A stretch of 64,000 nucleotides of DNA from Thermodesulfovibrionales bacterium. GTDB taxonomy: Bacteria; Nitrospirota; Thermodesulfovibrionia; Thermodesulfovibrionales; UBA6898. Each line of letters opens with the position of its first letter. Position 1 is the first letter of the stretch. Positions 26,994 through 37,100 of the stretch are shown here, piece after piece. The stretch lies in contig JBIOIY010000004.1 in assembly GCA_044450345.1 (NCBI GenBank), positions 64,001 through 128,000 of the forward strand, given 5' to 3'. The notes under the pieces are model-generated. The model ran no database searches. It was not told where the DNA came from and worked only from the letters and a program-made list of their open reading frames with translations. Both the position numbers and the translations under genes were made by a program.

Positions 26994-29106
26994 AATAGAC
27001 ACTTCCTTATTCCTCCTCATTAACAAAAATCTCCGGAACGGACTCTTCGATGTAGTGATGCCCTTTGTCTCGAACAATTCGAAGGTCATCTTCCTGCCCC
27101 TTCTTCTCTGGATAGTCGTCAGAGAGCGGTCCAAGGCATTGTCTTACGTGGTGATATCAGTCCTTGCGGTCGCCTTCGCAGACGCAGGAGGAGGGGTCCT
27201 GAAGAACCTGATCGCAAGGGTCAGACCGTGTAACGCCCTCGAAGGCGTCAATCTTCTCGTGGGGTGCGGAAAATCTTTCTCTATGCCTTCAAACCACGCA
27301 TCGAACGCCTTTGCATTCGCGATGGCCTTTTGGTCCCTGCGCAGGGATGTCGTGACCTCCTTCTTTGTCTTTGTCGCCGCAGTTATCGGCATATCGAGGG
27401 TGTATGTGGGCGTCCACTACCCCTTCGATGTGGTTGCGGGCACAGCGCTCGGCACCGGATGCGCATATGGGGCGAGGAGGCTCTTTCGATGGGCATCCGA
27501 TGTGTACAGACGGAGGGATTACGGCCAGGCCCTCTTTCTGATGGTCATGGCCTTCAGCCTCTTCCGTATTTATTATATCCTCAGCAGCCCCTTTGACCTT
27601 AGCGCCGACGAGGCGCATTACTGGGAATGGGCGAGGCGGCCCGACTGGAGTTATTATTCGAAAGGCCCGATGATCGCGTACCTGATCTATGCGGGGACAG
27701 CGGTCTTCGGCAACACTGTATTCGGCGTAAGGATATTCGCGGTCGTCCTATCTGCCTTGAGCAGCGTCGTGCTTTTCAAACTGGGAAAAAGGCTCTACGG
27801 CGAGAGGACGGGGCTTCTGGCGGCGCTCCTGGTCCAGGTGGTCCCCCTTTATTCGGTATACGGAGTTCTCCTGACGATAGACTCCCCTTTCATCTTTTTC
27901 TGGATACTTTCGCTCTACCTCTTCTGGAAGGCGATCGAAACTAAGCGTGCCGTTGCACCGGCCAGGGTAGACGGTAAAATAGCAGCTCCCCCTTCATCCC
28001 CCCCCTTGTCGGAGCGACCCTTCGCGGAGACCCGCTTCGGGAGAGGAGGGGATGAAGGGGAGGGCGACCGCATTGGCAACTGGATCTTGCTGGGTATTGC
28101 GATCGGCCTCGGACTTCTGACGAAGTATACCATGGCATTTTTTTATCTTTCCGGTTTGCTCTTCTTTGTCTTTCATAAAGACTCCCGGGAGTTCCTTTAC
28201 GGCAAAGGGCCGTATATCTCTCTTTTAGTAAGTCTTATGGTCTTCAGTCCGGTTATCATCTGGAACGCTGCCCACGGCTGGGTTACCCTGAAGCACACTG
28301 CGGGACAGGCCCACCTTGCAGACGGTCTTATGATCTCGCCAAAAGATTTTTTCGAGTTCCTTGGTTCGCAGGCCGGCGTGATCACCCCCCTTCTTTTCGT
28401 GGGTATGTTAGTCGCGCTCTGGAAGATGCGCAAAGACAGGGCGGGCGCGTTTATATTCTGGTTTTCCGTGCCCGTGGTCCTTTTCTTTGTCCTCAAAAGC
28501 TTGCAGGGAAAGGTGCAGGCGAACTGGGCGCTGCCGGGCTATGCGGCGGGGTTCATAGCATTTTCCGCATACTTTGCCGGAGGCGGGATGCCCTCAAAGG
28601 GACGCTCCAAAATACTTCCGGCGCTCGCGGTCCTGCTGGCTTTTACCCTTACCGCATTCGCTTATTTCCCCTCGGTCCTTCATCTCCCCAGGAAGATGGA
28701 CCCGACGATGAGACTACTCGGCTGGAAGGAACTGGGTCAAGAGACGGGCCGGATTTATGAAGGGCTCTCATCACAGGGGCCGGCATTCGTCTTTTCCGAC
28801 AGCTACCAGATGGCCAGCGAACTCGCCTTTTATATGAAGGGCAACCCGACGACCTACTGTATCAATCTCGGCAGGCGCATGGACCAGTACGACCTCTGGC
28901 CGGGCTTCGAAAATTATATAGGCTGCAACGCGCTCCTGGTGATGGATGATGACCGGGAATTTCCCCAGGAGCTGGCAAAGAGCTTCGGGAGGACCGAGAA
29001 AGTGGCGGTCGTCATAACGGTGAGGGGCGACAAGGTAATGAAATTTACGGTGTTCAAGTGTTATGATTTCAAGGGTATTAAATCCAGGCCCCCGGAGACT
29101 TTTTAA
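26980..29106 (+). CDS. PAP2 phosphatase fused to ArnT/PMT-like (GT-C) glycosyltransferase
   Basis: K...RVRP, SMPSNH, SRVYVGVHY (PAP2); DEAHYWEW, KGPM, GLLTKY (ArnT-like). Confidence 0.88.
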   Translation: MGLPEIDTSLFLLINKNLRNGLFDVVMPFVSNNSKVIFLPLLLWIVVRERSKALSYVVISVLAVAFADAGGGVLKNLIARVRPCNALEGVNLLVGCGKSFSMPSNHASNAFAFAMAFWSLRRDVVTSFFVFVAAVIGISRVYVGVHYPFDVVAGTALGTGCAYGARRLFRWASDVYRRRDYGQALFLMVMAFSLFRIYYILSSPFDLSADEAHYWEWARRPDWSYYSKGPMIAYLIYAGTAVFGNTVFGVRIFAVVLSALSSVVLFKLGKRLYGERTGLLAALLVQVVPLYSVYGVLLTIDSPFIFFWILSLYLFWKAIETKRAVAPARVDGKIAAPPSSPPLSERPFAETRFGRGGDEGEGDRIGNWILLGIAIGLGLLTKYTMAFFYLSGLLFFVFHKDSREFLYGKGPYISLLVSLMVFSPVIIWNAAHGWVTLKHTAGQAHLADGLMISPKDFFEFLGSQAGVITPLLFVGMLVALWKMRKDRAGAFIFWFSVPVVLFFVLKSLQGKVQANWALPGYAAGFIAFSAYFAGGGMPSKGRSKILPALAVLLAFTLTAFAYFPSVLHLPRKMDPTMRLLGWKELGQETGRIYEGLSSQGPAFVFSDSYQMASELAFYMKGNPTTYCINLGRRMDQYDLWPGFENYIGCNALLVMDDDREFPQELAKSFGRTEKVAVVITVRGDKVMKFTVFKCYDFKGIKSRPPETF
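27986..28062. repeat. Palindromic element inserted in frame in the ArnT-like gene
   Basis: CTCCCCCTTCATCCCCCCCCT ... AGGAGGGGATGAAGGGGAG imperfect IR; peptide APPSSPPLSERPFAETRFGRGGDEGE. Confidence 0.75.
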
Positions 29107-30053
29107 TGATGATATCGCTTGTAATACCTCTATACAACGAAGAAGAGAACGTTCCTGAACTCCACCGAAGGGTGAAGTCGGTGATGGAATCTACGCGTAA
29201 GGAATACGAGATCATTTATGTAGACGACGGCAGCACGGACAGGACCCTCCCCTTGCTTGAGGAGATCCGGGCAGGAGACGGAAACGTGGTGGTCATCAGC
29301 TTCAGAAGGAACTTCGGCCAGACCGCCGCATTCGCCGCGGGGTTCGACTACTCGCGGGGAGACGTTATCGTCACCCTCGACGGCGACCTGCAGAACGACC
29401 CCGGTGACATCCCCCGCCTGGTTGAGGCGCTGAAGGACTGCGATATCGTGAGCGGTTGGAGGAAAAACAGAAAAGACCCGTTCCTGTCTAGGCGGTTTCC
29501 GTCGATCATCGCCAACCGGCTCATAAGCTGGGTGACGGGCGTGAAACTCCATGACTACGGATGTTCCCTGAAGGCATATCGCAGGGAGGTGATAAAGAAC
29601 CTGAACCTCTACGGAGAAATGCACAGATTCATCCCTGCGGTCGCAAGCTGGTACGGCGTGAAGATCGCCGAGGTCGAAACAACCCATCATCCCAGACTGA
29701 GGGGAAAATCAAAGTACGGGATCTCGCGGACCGTAAAGGTGGTCCTCGACCTGATCACGGTGAAGTTCCTGCAGAGTTTTTCGACAAAGCCCCTGCAGTT
29801 CTTCGGCCCCGTGGGCCTGGCGAGCGGCGCGGCGGGGTTTCTGATCTCGCTCTATCTGAGTGCCGGGAAGATATTCTTCGGCAAGGACATAGGGGGCAGG
29901 CCGCTCCTCCTCCTCGGTGTGCTTCTGATCATTGTAGGCATCCAGTTCATCGGTATGGGGCTCCTGGGCGAGATGATGGTCAGGGTGTACCACGAGTCCC
30001 AGAAAAAGCCGATATACGTCATCAGGAAAATCCAGGGTCATGAAGATAAATAA
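29106..30053 (+). CDS. GT2 polyprenol-phosphate glycosyltransferase (ArnC/GtrB-like)
   Basis: VIPLYNEEEN, VDDGSTD, RNFGQTAA, DGDLQNDP, two C-terminal TMs. Confidence 0.92.
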   Translation: MMISLVIPLYNEEENVPELHRRVKSVMESTRKEYEIIYVDDGSTDRTLPLLEEIRAGDGNVVVISFRRNFGQTAAFAAGFDYSRGDVIVTLDGDLQNDPGDIPRLVEALKDCDIVSGWRKNRKDPFLSRRFPSIIANRLISWVTGVKLHDYGCSLKAYRREVIKNLNLYGEMHRFIPAVASWYGVKIAEVETTHHPRLRGKSKYGISRTVKVVLDLITVKFLQSFSTKPLQFFGPVGLASGAAGFLISLYLSAGKIFFGKDIGGRPLLLLGVLLIIVGIQFIGMGLLGEMMVRVYHESQKKPIYVIRKIQGHEDK

Positions 30054-30945
30054 GGCCGCTTTTTTTGCGCTTAAATTATTAGTCAGCGCGTTCTCCCTCT
30101 ATTTAGTTTTCTTAAAGGCCGACATCCACCAGATTATTTCGATGCTGCGGAAAATCGGCCCCGCCGCTTTCCTGCTGGCCTCGCTTCTGTATATGGTGTC
30201 GATATGCGGTGCGACGCTGAGATGGAAACTTCTCCTCCCGGATAAGTTCAGGTTCAGGAGGCTTTTTTCGCTCTATATGATAGGTTCCTTCTTCAGCAGT
30301 TTTCTGCCAGGCGTTATCGGCGGAGACGTTGTGAAGGCATATTACCTGAACAAGGACGCAAAGAAATTGAGCCTCACTCTCGCCTCTGTCTTTATGGACA
30401 GGTATCTGGGGTATGTGAGCCTTATGATCATCGGGATGGCGGCCTATCCTTTTGCCTTGCCGTTCTTCGGAGGATCCGGATACAAATGGACCATGCCCGC
30501 AATATTCATTGCCTTTGTAATCGGCAGTGTACTCTTCTTCGGGCTCAAGCTCGGCAGGAGGTTCAAGACGGTCTCGGAGTTTTATGAATACTTTGTCCTG
30601 CTGAAGGCAAAGAAAGACGTAATTGCAAAGGCGGTAGCGATATCCCTTGGCATACAGACGATGGGTTTTATCGCGGTGGCAGTCCTTGCATCGGCAATGG
30701 GAGAAAAGATACCGGTACTTCTGCTGTTCGTTGTCCTTCCCATTATCATTACGATTACATCGCTCCCCATATCGATATCGGGCCTGGGGGTGAGGGAAGG
30801 TTCTTTTGTCGTATTGCTCGGCCTCATCGGCATCCCACCGGCGGTGGCGACATCTCTTTCCCTTGCCTGGTTTTTTTCCACCTTTGTCGGCGGTGCCCCG
30901 GGGCTGATCGCCTATATAAGACAGCCCGGCAGCCGGATTAAATAG
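30040..30945 (+). CDS. Lysylphosphatidylglycerol-synthase TM / flippase-like membrane protein
   Basis: LRW.LL, LPGVIGGD and LPISISGLGVRE motifs. Confidence 0.85.
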   Translation: MKINKAAFFALKLLVSAFSLYLVFLKADIHQIISMLRKIGPAAFLLASLLYMVSICGATLRWKLLLPDKFRFRRLFSLYMIGSFFSSFLPGVIGGDVVKAYYLNKDAKKLSLTLASVFMDRYLGYVSLMIIGMAAYPFALPFFGGSGYKWTMPAIFIAFVIGSVLFFGLKLGRRFKTVSEFYEYFVLLKAKKDVIAKAVAISLGIQTMGFIAVAVLASAMGEKIPVLLLFVVLPIIITITSLPISISGLGVREGSFVVLLGLIGIPPAVATSLSLAWFFSTFVGGAPGLIAYIRQPGSRIK

Positions 30946-30957
30946 GCGGCCGCTCAG

Positions 30958-32364
30958 ATGGACATGCCAGGGGACCTCGAAGACTCAGACAAAAAATATA
31001 TCTGGCACCCCTTTACCCAGATGAAGGAATGGGCGGATGAAAAGCCTGTCATCATCGCCGAAGGGAGGGGCAGTCATCTTATCGGCGTTGACGGCAGGAC
31101 TTATATTGACGGCGTTTCTTCCCTCTGGGTGAACATCCACGGCCACAGGAAAAAAGAGATCGACGGGGCGATCAAGGACCAGATAGACAAGATATCCCAT
31201 TCGACACTCCTCGGGCTGGGCAATGTACCGGCGATTCAACTGGCCGAGAAGCTGGTAAAGGTAATACAGCGGTCTTTCGATGGTAGGGGCGACCCTATGC
31301 GGTCGCCCTCTTGCGGGCAGGCACAGGGGCCTGCCCCTACAAAAGTCTTCTATTCCGACAACGGTTCGACCTCTGTCGAGGTCGCCCTCAAGATGGCGTT
31401 CCAATACTGGAAGCACAAAGGGGTTTCAGGGAGAGACCGTTTCCTTTCGCTCAACAACGCGTATCACGGCGATACGCTCGGAGCAGTGAGCGTCGGGGGC
31501 ATCGACATATTCCACAGCGCCTTCGCTCCTCTTCTTTTCAATACGTACAGGGCGCCCTCTCCCTATTGCTACCGCTGCGAACTCGATATGAAATATCCCG
31601 GCTGCGGCCTCGCATGCCTTTCGAAGATGGAAGATATCCTCTCCGCCCATCACACCGGGATCGCGGCCCTCATCATAGAACCCCTTGTCCAGGCGGCAGG
31701 CGGGATGATCGTTTCGCCCCCCGGGTATCTGAAAGGCGCGAGGGAGCTATGTAAGAAGTATGATGTGCTTTTTATCGCCGACGAGGTCGCCACGGGGTTC
31801 GGGAGGACAGGGAAGATGTTTGCGTGCGAACACGAATCCGTCATCCCCGACCTGATCTGCCTCTCCAAAGGCATCACAGGTGGATATCTCCCCCTGGCGG
31901 TGACTGTAGCATCGGGAGAGATCTATAATGCATTTCTCGGCGAATTCAGCGAACTCAAGACCTTTTTCCACGGCCATTCCTATACAGGCAATCCGCTCGG
32001 CTGCGCCGCTGCGCTCGCATGCCTGGAGATCTTCGAAAAGGAGAGGACGCTCGAACAGCTCCTTCCTAAGATCGAAATCCTCGAAGACCGGCTGAGAGAG
32101 ATATCAGGTATGGACCACGTCGGAGACGTCCGGAACAAAGGTCTTATGGCCGGCGTCGAACTCGTAAAAGACAAGGAGACAAAGTCGGCGTATCCGTGGG
32201 AGGAAAAGCTGGGCTGGCGCGTCTGCCATTATGTGAGAGAGAAGGGAATACTCATCAGGCCGCTCGGAAACGTGATCGTGATCATGCCGCCCCTGAGCAT
32301 TTCCAGTGATGACCTGAGATATATGCTTGACGCAATAGGGGAGGCGATAGGCAAGGTAACATGA
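30958..32364 (+). CDS. bioA: Adenosylmethionine-8-amino-7-oxononanoate aminotransferase
   Basis: WHPFTQ, SSLWVNIHGH, YHGDT, DEVATGFGRTG, SKGITGGY, HGHSYTGN. Confidence 0.95.
   Translation: MDMPGDLEDSDKKYIWHPFTQMKEWADEKPVIIAEGRGSHLIGVDGRTYIDGVSSLWVNIHGHRKKEIDGAIKDQIDKISHSTLLGLGNVPAIQLAEKLVKVIQRSFDGRGDPMRSPSCGQAQGPAPTKVFYSDNGSTSVEVALKMAFQYWKHKGVSGRDRFLSLNNAYHGDTLGAVSVGGIDIFHSAFAPLLFNTYRAPSPYCYRCELDMKYPGCGLACLSKMEDILSAHHTGIAALIIEPLVQAAGGMIVSPPGYLKGARELCKKYDVLFIADEVATGFGRTGKMFACEHESVIPDLICLSKGITGGYLPLAVTVASGEIYNAFLGEFSELKTFFHGHSYTGNPLGCAAALACLEIFEKERTLEQLLPKIEILEDRLREISGMDHVGDVRNKGLMAGVELVKDKETKSAYPWEEKLGWRVCHYVREKGILIRPLGNVIVIMPPLSISSDDLRYMLDAIGEAIGKVT
31283..31340. repeat. Inverted GTAG-REP doublet (REPIN-like) inserted in frame in bioA
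   Basis: GTAG-GGGCGACC-ctatgc-GGTCGCCC-tcttgc-GGGCAGGC-acaggg-GCCTGCCC-CTAC. Confidence 0.88.
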
Positions 32365-32813
32365 GCAAAAGATCGATCATATTGCTGGCGCTCCTGATCC
32401 TCTCTCCTGTGGTCATCTATTTCCTCTGGCCCACCGACGAGGGCCGGATCAAGAAACTCTTCAGAGAGGGAGCAGCTGCCGTCGAGCAGAAGAAACTTGA
32501 CGACGTGATGTCAAAGATATCCTTTAACTATTCAGACGGCAAGGGCCTCAGCTATATCACGATAAAGGAGAGCATGAAGAGGATCTTCAGCGAGATGAAG
32601 GACATAAAGGTCGAATGCGATGTCAGAGCGATAGAGATAAGGGACGACAAGGCAACGGCCGGGGCCGATCTGAGGGTCATTGCGACGAGCGGGAACGACA
32701 CCGGATATTTCATCGGTGATGCCGCGAAACCCGTTTCCATGAAATTCTTCCTCGAAAAAGAGCGGATGAAGTGGCTTATCGTGAGTTCGGAAGGCGGCCC
32801 TGCTTTAGAATAG
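32361..32813 (+). CDS. Membrane-anchored hypothetical protein, possibly NTF2-like fold
   Basis: N-terminal TM; overlaps bioA stop (ATGA); C-terminal F.LEKE..KWLI pattern. Confidence 0.65.
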   Translation: MSKRSIILLALLILSPVVIYFLWPTDEGRIKKLFREGAAAVEQKKLDDVMSKISFNYSDGKGLSYITIKESMKRIFSEMKDIKVECDVRAIEIRDDKATAGADLRVIATSGNDTGYFIGDAAKPVSMKFFLEKERMKWLIVSSEGGPALE

Positions 32814-32958
32814 ACCTTGCAGTTGCAATGAAGCGGCCGTTCAGTATCGCTGCTTTGAAGCGCTTTTGCAAACCTGATATAATAGGGCCGATAATTGTGA
32901 AAGGGGTGACGATTCTCAGTCCCTCAAAGCTTCTTATGGACACGAAAGGAGTCCGGAA

Positions 32959-33576
32959 ATGAAACGGTCATTACAGATCACTACGCTCATTATTCTTGCA
33001 TTGCCGCTCGTCTTCCCGCGGGCGGCGCTGTCCGAGGTGAGGATTTACCTTAATAACGGGAGGGACATTGTTGCAGACGGATGCAGTGACTCGGAGGGAA
33101 AGCTCGTCTGTGAAAAAGAAGGCGGGACTTTTGAAGTCGACAAGAAAGATGTTCTGAAAGTAAAGGGGATAACCATAGAGCGGGCCCCTTCTCAGCAAGC
33201 TTCTGAGGAGAAGTCAGGCGGGAAAGCCGAATCAGGGGAAAAGGGACCTGCTAAACCTCAGGCAGACATGAAGGCCGCAGAAAAACAGCCCGAAGGCGAG
33301 CCGATCAAGGGTCTGAAGCCTGAAGAGGAAGAACGGCTTGACCAGATAAACCGGAAGAAGCAGAAGATGAAAGATGAAAGGGAGAAGCTTATCAAAGAGC
33401 GGGACAAGCTCTATGAAGACGTCAAGAATACCAGTATGACAAGAACCCAGGCCCAGTTCAATGAGATAAAAAACCGCAATAAGGACCTCGAAACGCGGAT
33501 CAATGCATTCAACGACGAAGTAAAGAAGCTGAACGAAGAGGAGAAGGATATTATTGAAGGAAGCAAGAACAAGTAG
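32959..33576 (+). CDS. Exported hypothetical protein with C-terminal coiled coil
   Basis: Signal peptide, IYLNNGR, charged heptad-rich tail. Confidence 0.7.
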   Translation: MKRSLQITTLIILALPLVFPRAALSEVRIYLNNGRDIVADGCSDSEGKLVCEKEGGTFEVDKKDVLKVKGITIERAPSQQASEEKSGGKAESGEKGPAKPQADMKAAEKQPEGEPIKGLKPEEEERLDQINRKKQKMKDEREKLIKERDKLYEDVKNTSMTRTQAQFNEIKNRNKDLETRINAFNDEVKKLNEEEKDIIEGSKNK

Positions 33577-33682
33577 CACCGGGTTGTGTAACTGATTACA
33601 TAGTTAGGAGGCGGGCTACATAGTTTGTTCGGGTCAGTGGATATCTTATCCCTTAAAAACAAGGTGTTACAGATAATACTTT

Positions 33683-33700
33683 TTGGCATTTGCATTGCTT
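33683..33700 (+). promoter_or_regulatory. Sigma54 (-24/-12) promoter upstream of the pilin cluster
   Basis: TTGGCATTTGCATTGCTT: GG-N10-GC with TGGCA and TTGC context. Confidence 0.7.
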
Positions 33701-33733
33701 AATTATGAAAGCATCTGATTATCTTGCTGACAA

Positions 33734-34087
33734 ATGGAGGCGGTCATGAATAGAAGAACTTGTATAATAACGCTGGCAATCGGTTGCCTGCTGGTCCTCT
33801 TTGCATCCAGTGCTGTCTTTGCCGCCGTTAAGGTCAAAGCATCCGGCATAATGACATCTTTAGAAGATGATGGGACAGTCATTATTAAAAAAATAATCAG
33901 TATTAACAAAAGTGGTGAGAAGAGCCAGTCGACCGGCTATCTGCTGTCTCCGTCAGTCGTTGTCCAGGATCAAAATGGGGGAAGCATATCACTGAATGAT
34001 ATTGCACTGCCTTACAATGTGGATTTTGAATACGAATATACGCCAAAGGGCTTTATGATTACCTTGATAAAAAAAGTTGCAGGATAG
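33734..34087 (+). CDS. Small exported protein preceding pilY1
   Basis: Signal peptide; first gene after the sigma54 site; second ATG (MNRR) preceded by GGAGG. Confidence 0.65.
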   Translation: MEAVMNRRTCIITLAIGCLLVLFASSAVFAAVKVKASGIMTSLEDDGTVIIKKIISINKSGEKSQSTGYLLSPSVVVQDQNGGSISLNDIALPYNVDFEYEYTPKGFMITLIKKVAG

Positions 34088-34101
34088 ATGGGGGTGATAC
34101 T

Positions 34102-37100
34102 GTGAAGAGCAGAAAAAATATTCCGGTTGTTGTAATAGGCGTCTTTCTATGTGCAGTTCTGATGTTGTCTGCCCAGGCAGAGGCCAATCCGCCGTCTCAG
34201 AAAGGGTACTGTATCCAGCCGCCTTTTCTTGTGGCCCCCAAGCAGCCGAATGTCCTCATTATACTGGACAACTCGGGCAGCATGAATTGTCTTGCATACC
34301 AAAGCGGATTCGACCCCTCGCAATTCACGAGCGGCACTTACTACGGATATTTCGATCCGACGAAGAATTATAGATACGATACCTCCAGCAGCACTGCAGC
34401 TGCTCCCAACAGATGGATACCGACCAATGCTGCAATGAACACCGGTACCGTGGCAAATCCGATTGCAAGCGGCAACCTGCTTAACTGGATAACCATGTCC
34501 AGGCAAGACATTGCGAAGAAACTCCTGATAGGCGGCAGGGCGGCTACGGGCATATCTTCCGCCGGTGCATACAATGTTGCTGACCGCACCACGAGCCCGG
34601 TGAAGCTGTATGCCGATAGCGACGCGACGTCAGGCCTTACGTGTACTACTAACGTTAAGTCCAATGACGGCACGGACAAGGTTTGCAGCAATAATAATGC
34701 GCAAACCTGTGATGCTGATAGTGACTGTGGCGCCGGCAACACCTGCAACTATCTCATATACCCTTTTGTCGGCGATTATAAATATACCGTTGCAACCGGC
34801 GATACTAACACATTCAGTATAGCGTTCAATGACCCGAGCACATTAAAATTGTATCCAAACAGAAATTACCCCGGCAGTAATCCTGCTTATACTTTTCCTA
34901 ACGCCTGGGTAGTCTCAACAGGGACCCAGGCAAATGCGTATCAGACAGTAGACGAAACAACCGCCAATACTACTGACTATATAACAAACAAAACAACAAC
35001 AGAGCAGGCGTTATTCGATTACGACCGCGCAAACGCCGCCCTGCTGGCGGCCTCCGGTACCATCAGCAGTGTCACTGTTCACGCATATGCCAAGAAGACC
35101 GGTTCCGCCACTCTGTATCTTCAGGCAGTGATGTGGATGAATATTCCTCTTTTGCCGGATTCGGTCCAGCCTTCAGGGCTATCGGCATTGACTACGAGTT
35201 TCGCCGACATCCCGTTTGACTATCCATTGAATCCCATAACAGGCGCACCCTGGGACTGGAGCGACTTAACCGGTACTAACTCTGCGACGGGTCCGAACAG
35301 GCTGAAGGCCTTCGGTGTCCAGACAATGGGGCCATCCAACGCATCACCGACATCTTCTCTCTATGCTACGGTAAGCCAGGTTTACATACAGATAAACGTC
35401 TCCTCCCCGCCGGCCGGGGGGCCGTATAAAATTATCGTGGATCAGGGGACCACGCCGGCAACAGGGATACTGGATGCCATGAGCACTGAAGTCAGGTTCG
35501 GACTGGCCCAATATAATTCCAACGGAGTCGGCGGGAAGATAGCCGATACCAGCGCAACGACCCCCACCTATGTCAATGCCGGCAATGTCCCGAACATTGT
35601 CAAGACGATCAGCAATACAATAGGTGCAAGCACTACCCCTCTGGCAGAGACCCTTTATGAAATGGAGAGGTATTTTCGTCAGGATTCAACATATTACAGC
35701 TCTGCAGACTATACAAAAGGCTGCGCCACTGCCCTAAATGGGACTTCTAACTGTACAGGTCAAAGCGTCAACACCAATGACCCATATTTTTATGGGGGTT
35801 CTATTAATCAATATGTGCCTTGTACCCAGTCATATGTCCTCTTGTTGACTGACGGGGAATCCTATAGCGATACGGCCCTTCCCTCAACTACGCCGGCATC
35901 GCCCTACGCTCCCTGTTCCCTTACGAATATAAAGGGGTGTTCGGGTGCGGGAACTTTGCCCCGTCCCACCAGATTTGGCGGGACCACGATCGGACAGACT
36001 TATACCGGTTCAGGCTCGGATTATCTGATTGATGTGGCATACTGGGGAAGGACAAACGACATGCGTACCGGGGCAACTGATCTGCCGACCAACTGGCAGC
36101 AAGGGCTCCCGAAAACCCAGAACATCTACCTTTACACGGTCTTCCTCTTCGGCAGCGGTTCTACGCTCCTGCAGGACGCTGCAATTTACGGCGGGTTCCA
36201 GGACATTAACGGCAACAATCAGCCTGACTGTACGACAAAGCCCGAGGAATGCTATCGGGACAGCAATGGTGACGGCCATATTTATTCCGTAAGGCATCGT
36301 TTCTGCACAAATGAGGCACCCACCTTTGCCACAACCTGCTTAACTGACGCTAACTGCACTGCGGGCGGGACCTGTCTTGACCCGGATGCTCCCATTACCT
36401 ATTACGAGGGCGATGACGGTTATAAACTGCAGGCGAGCATAACGGCCGCCCTTACCGAAATATTGAAGAGGGCGGCGTCGGGGACCGCGGCCTCGGTTCT
36501 GGCCTCAGGACAGGGTAGCGGAGCCAACCTGCTGCAAGCCATCTTTTACCCCAAGCGGTCCATAAGCGGCCAATCTGATATTATGTGGACCAGCACGCTC
36601 CAGAACCTCTGGTATTATATCAATCCCAGTTCATCATCCGCGAGCACTATCAGGGAGAACACAGCGGATACAGGCTCAATCTATGAACTGAACCTCGATA
36701 AAGACAACATCATCAACTTTTTCTTTGACGATACAACTCAAATGACCAAGGCGAACCTCTTCGCTGATGCAAATGGCGACGGCGTTGCCGACAGTACGAT
36801 CCCTACTGCGGTTGTCGATGGGACAGCTGTCAAGAACCTGTGGGAGGCAGGGTTGATGCTCTGGAACACAAGTGCCGATAGCAGAAAGATCTATACGAAC
36901 GTGACCGACACCTATGCTGCGACAACAACTGCGTTTGCCGGAATGACGGAGTTCAAAACAGCGAATCTCACCGGCACCACTCCCACGCTCCAGAGCCTGT
37001 TGAACACAGACTATACAGTTGGGACCGGGATCGGCCAAAGGACGGCTGCGAATAATACGACAGTCGCACAAAATATAATCAACTATGTCCGGGGTACTGA

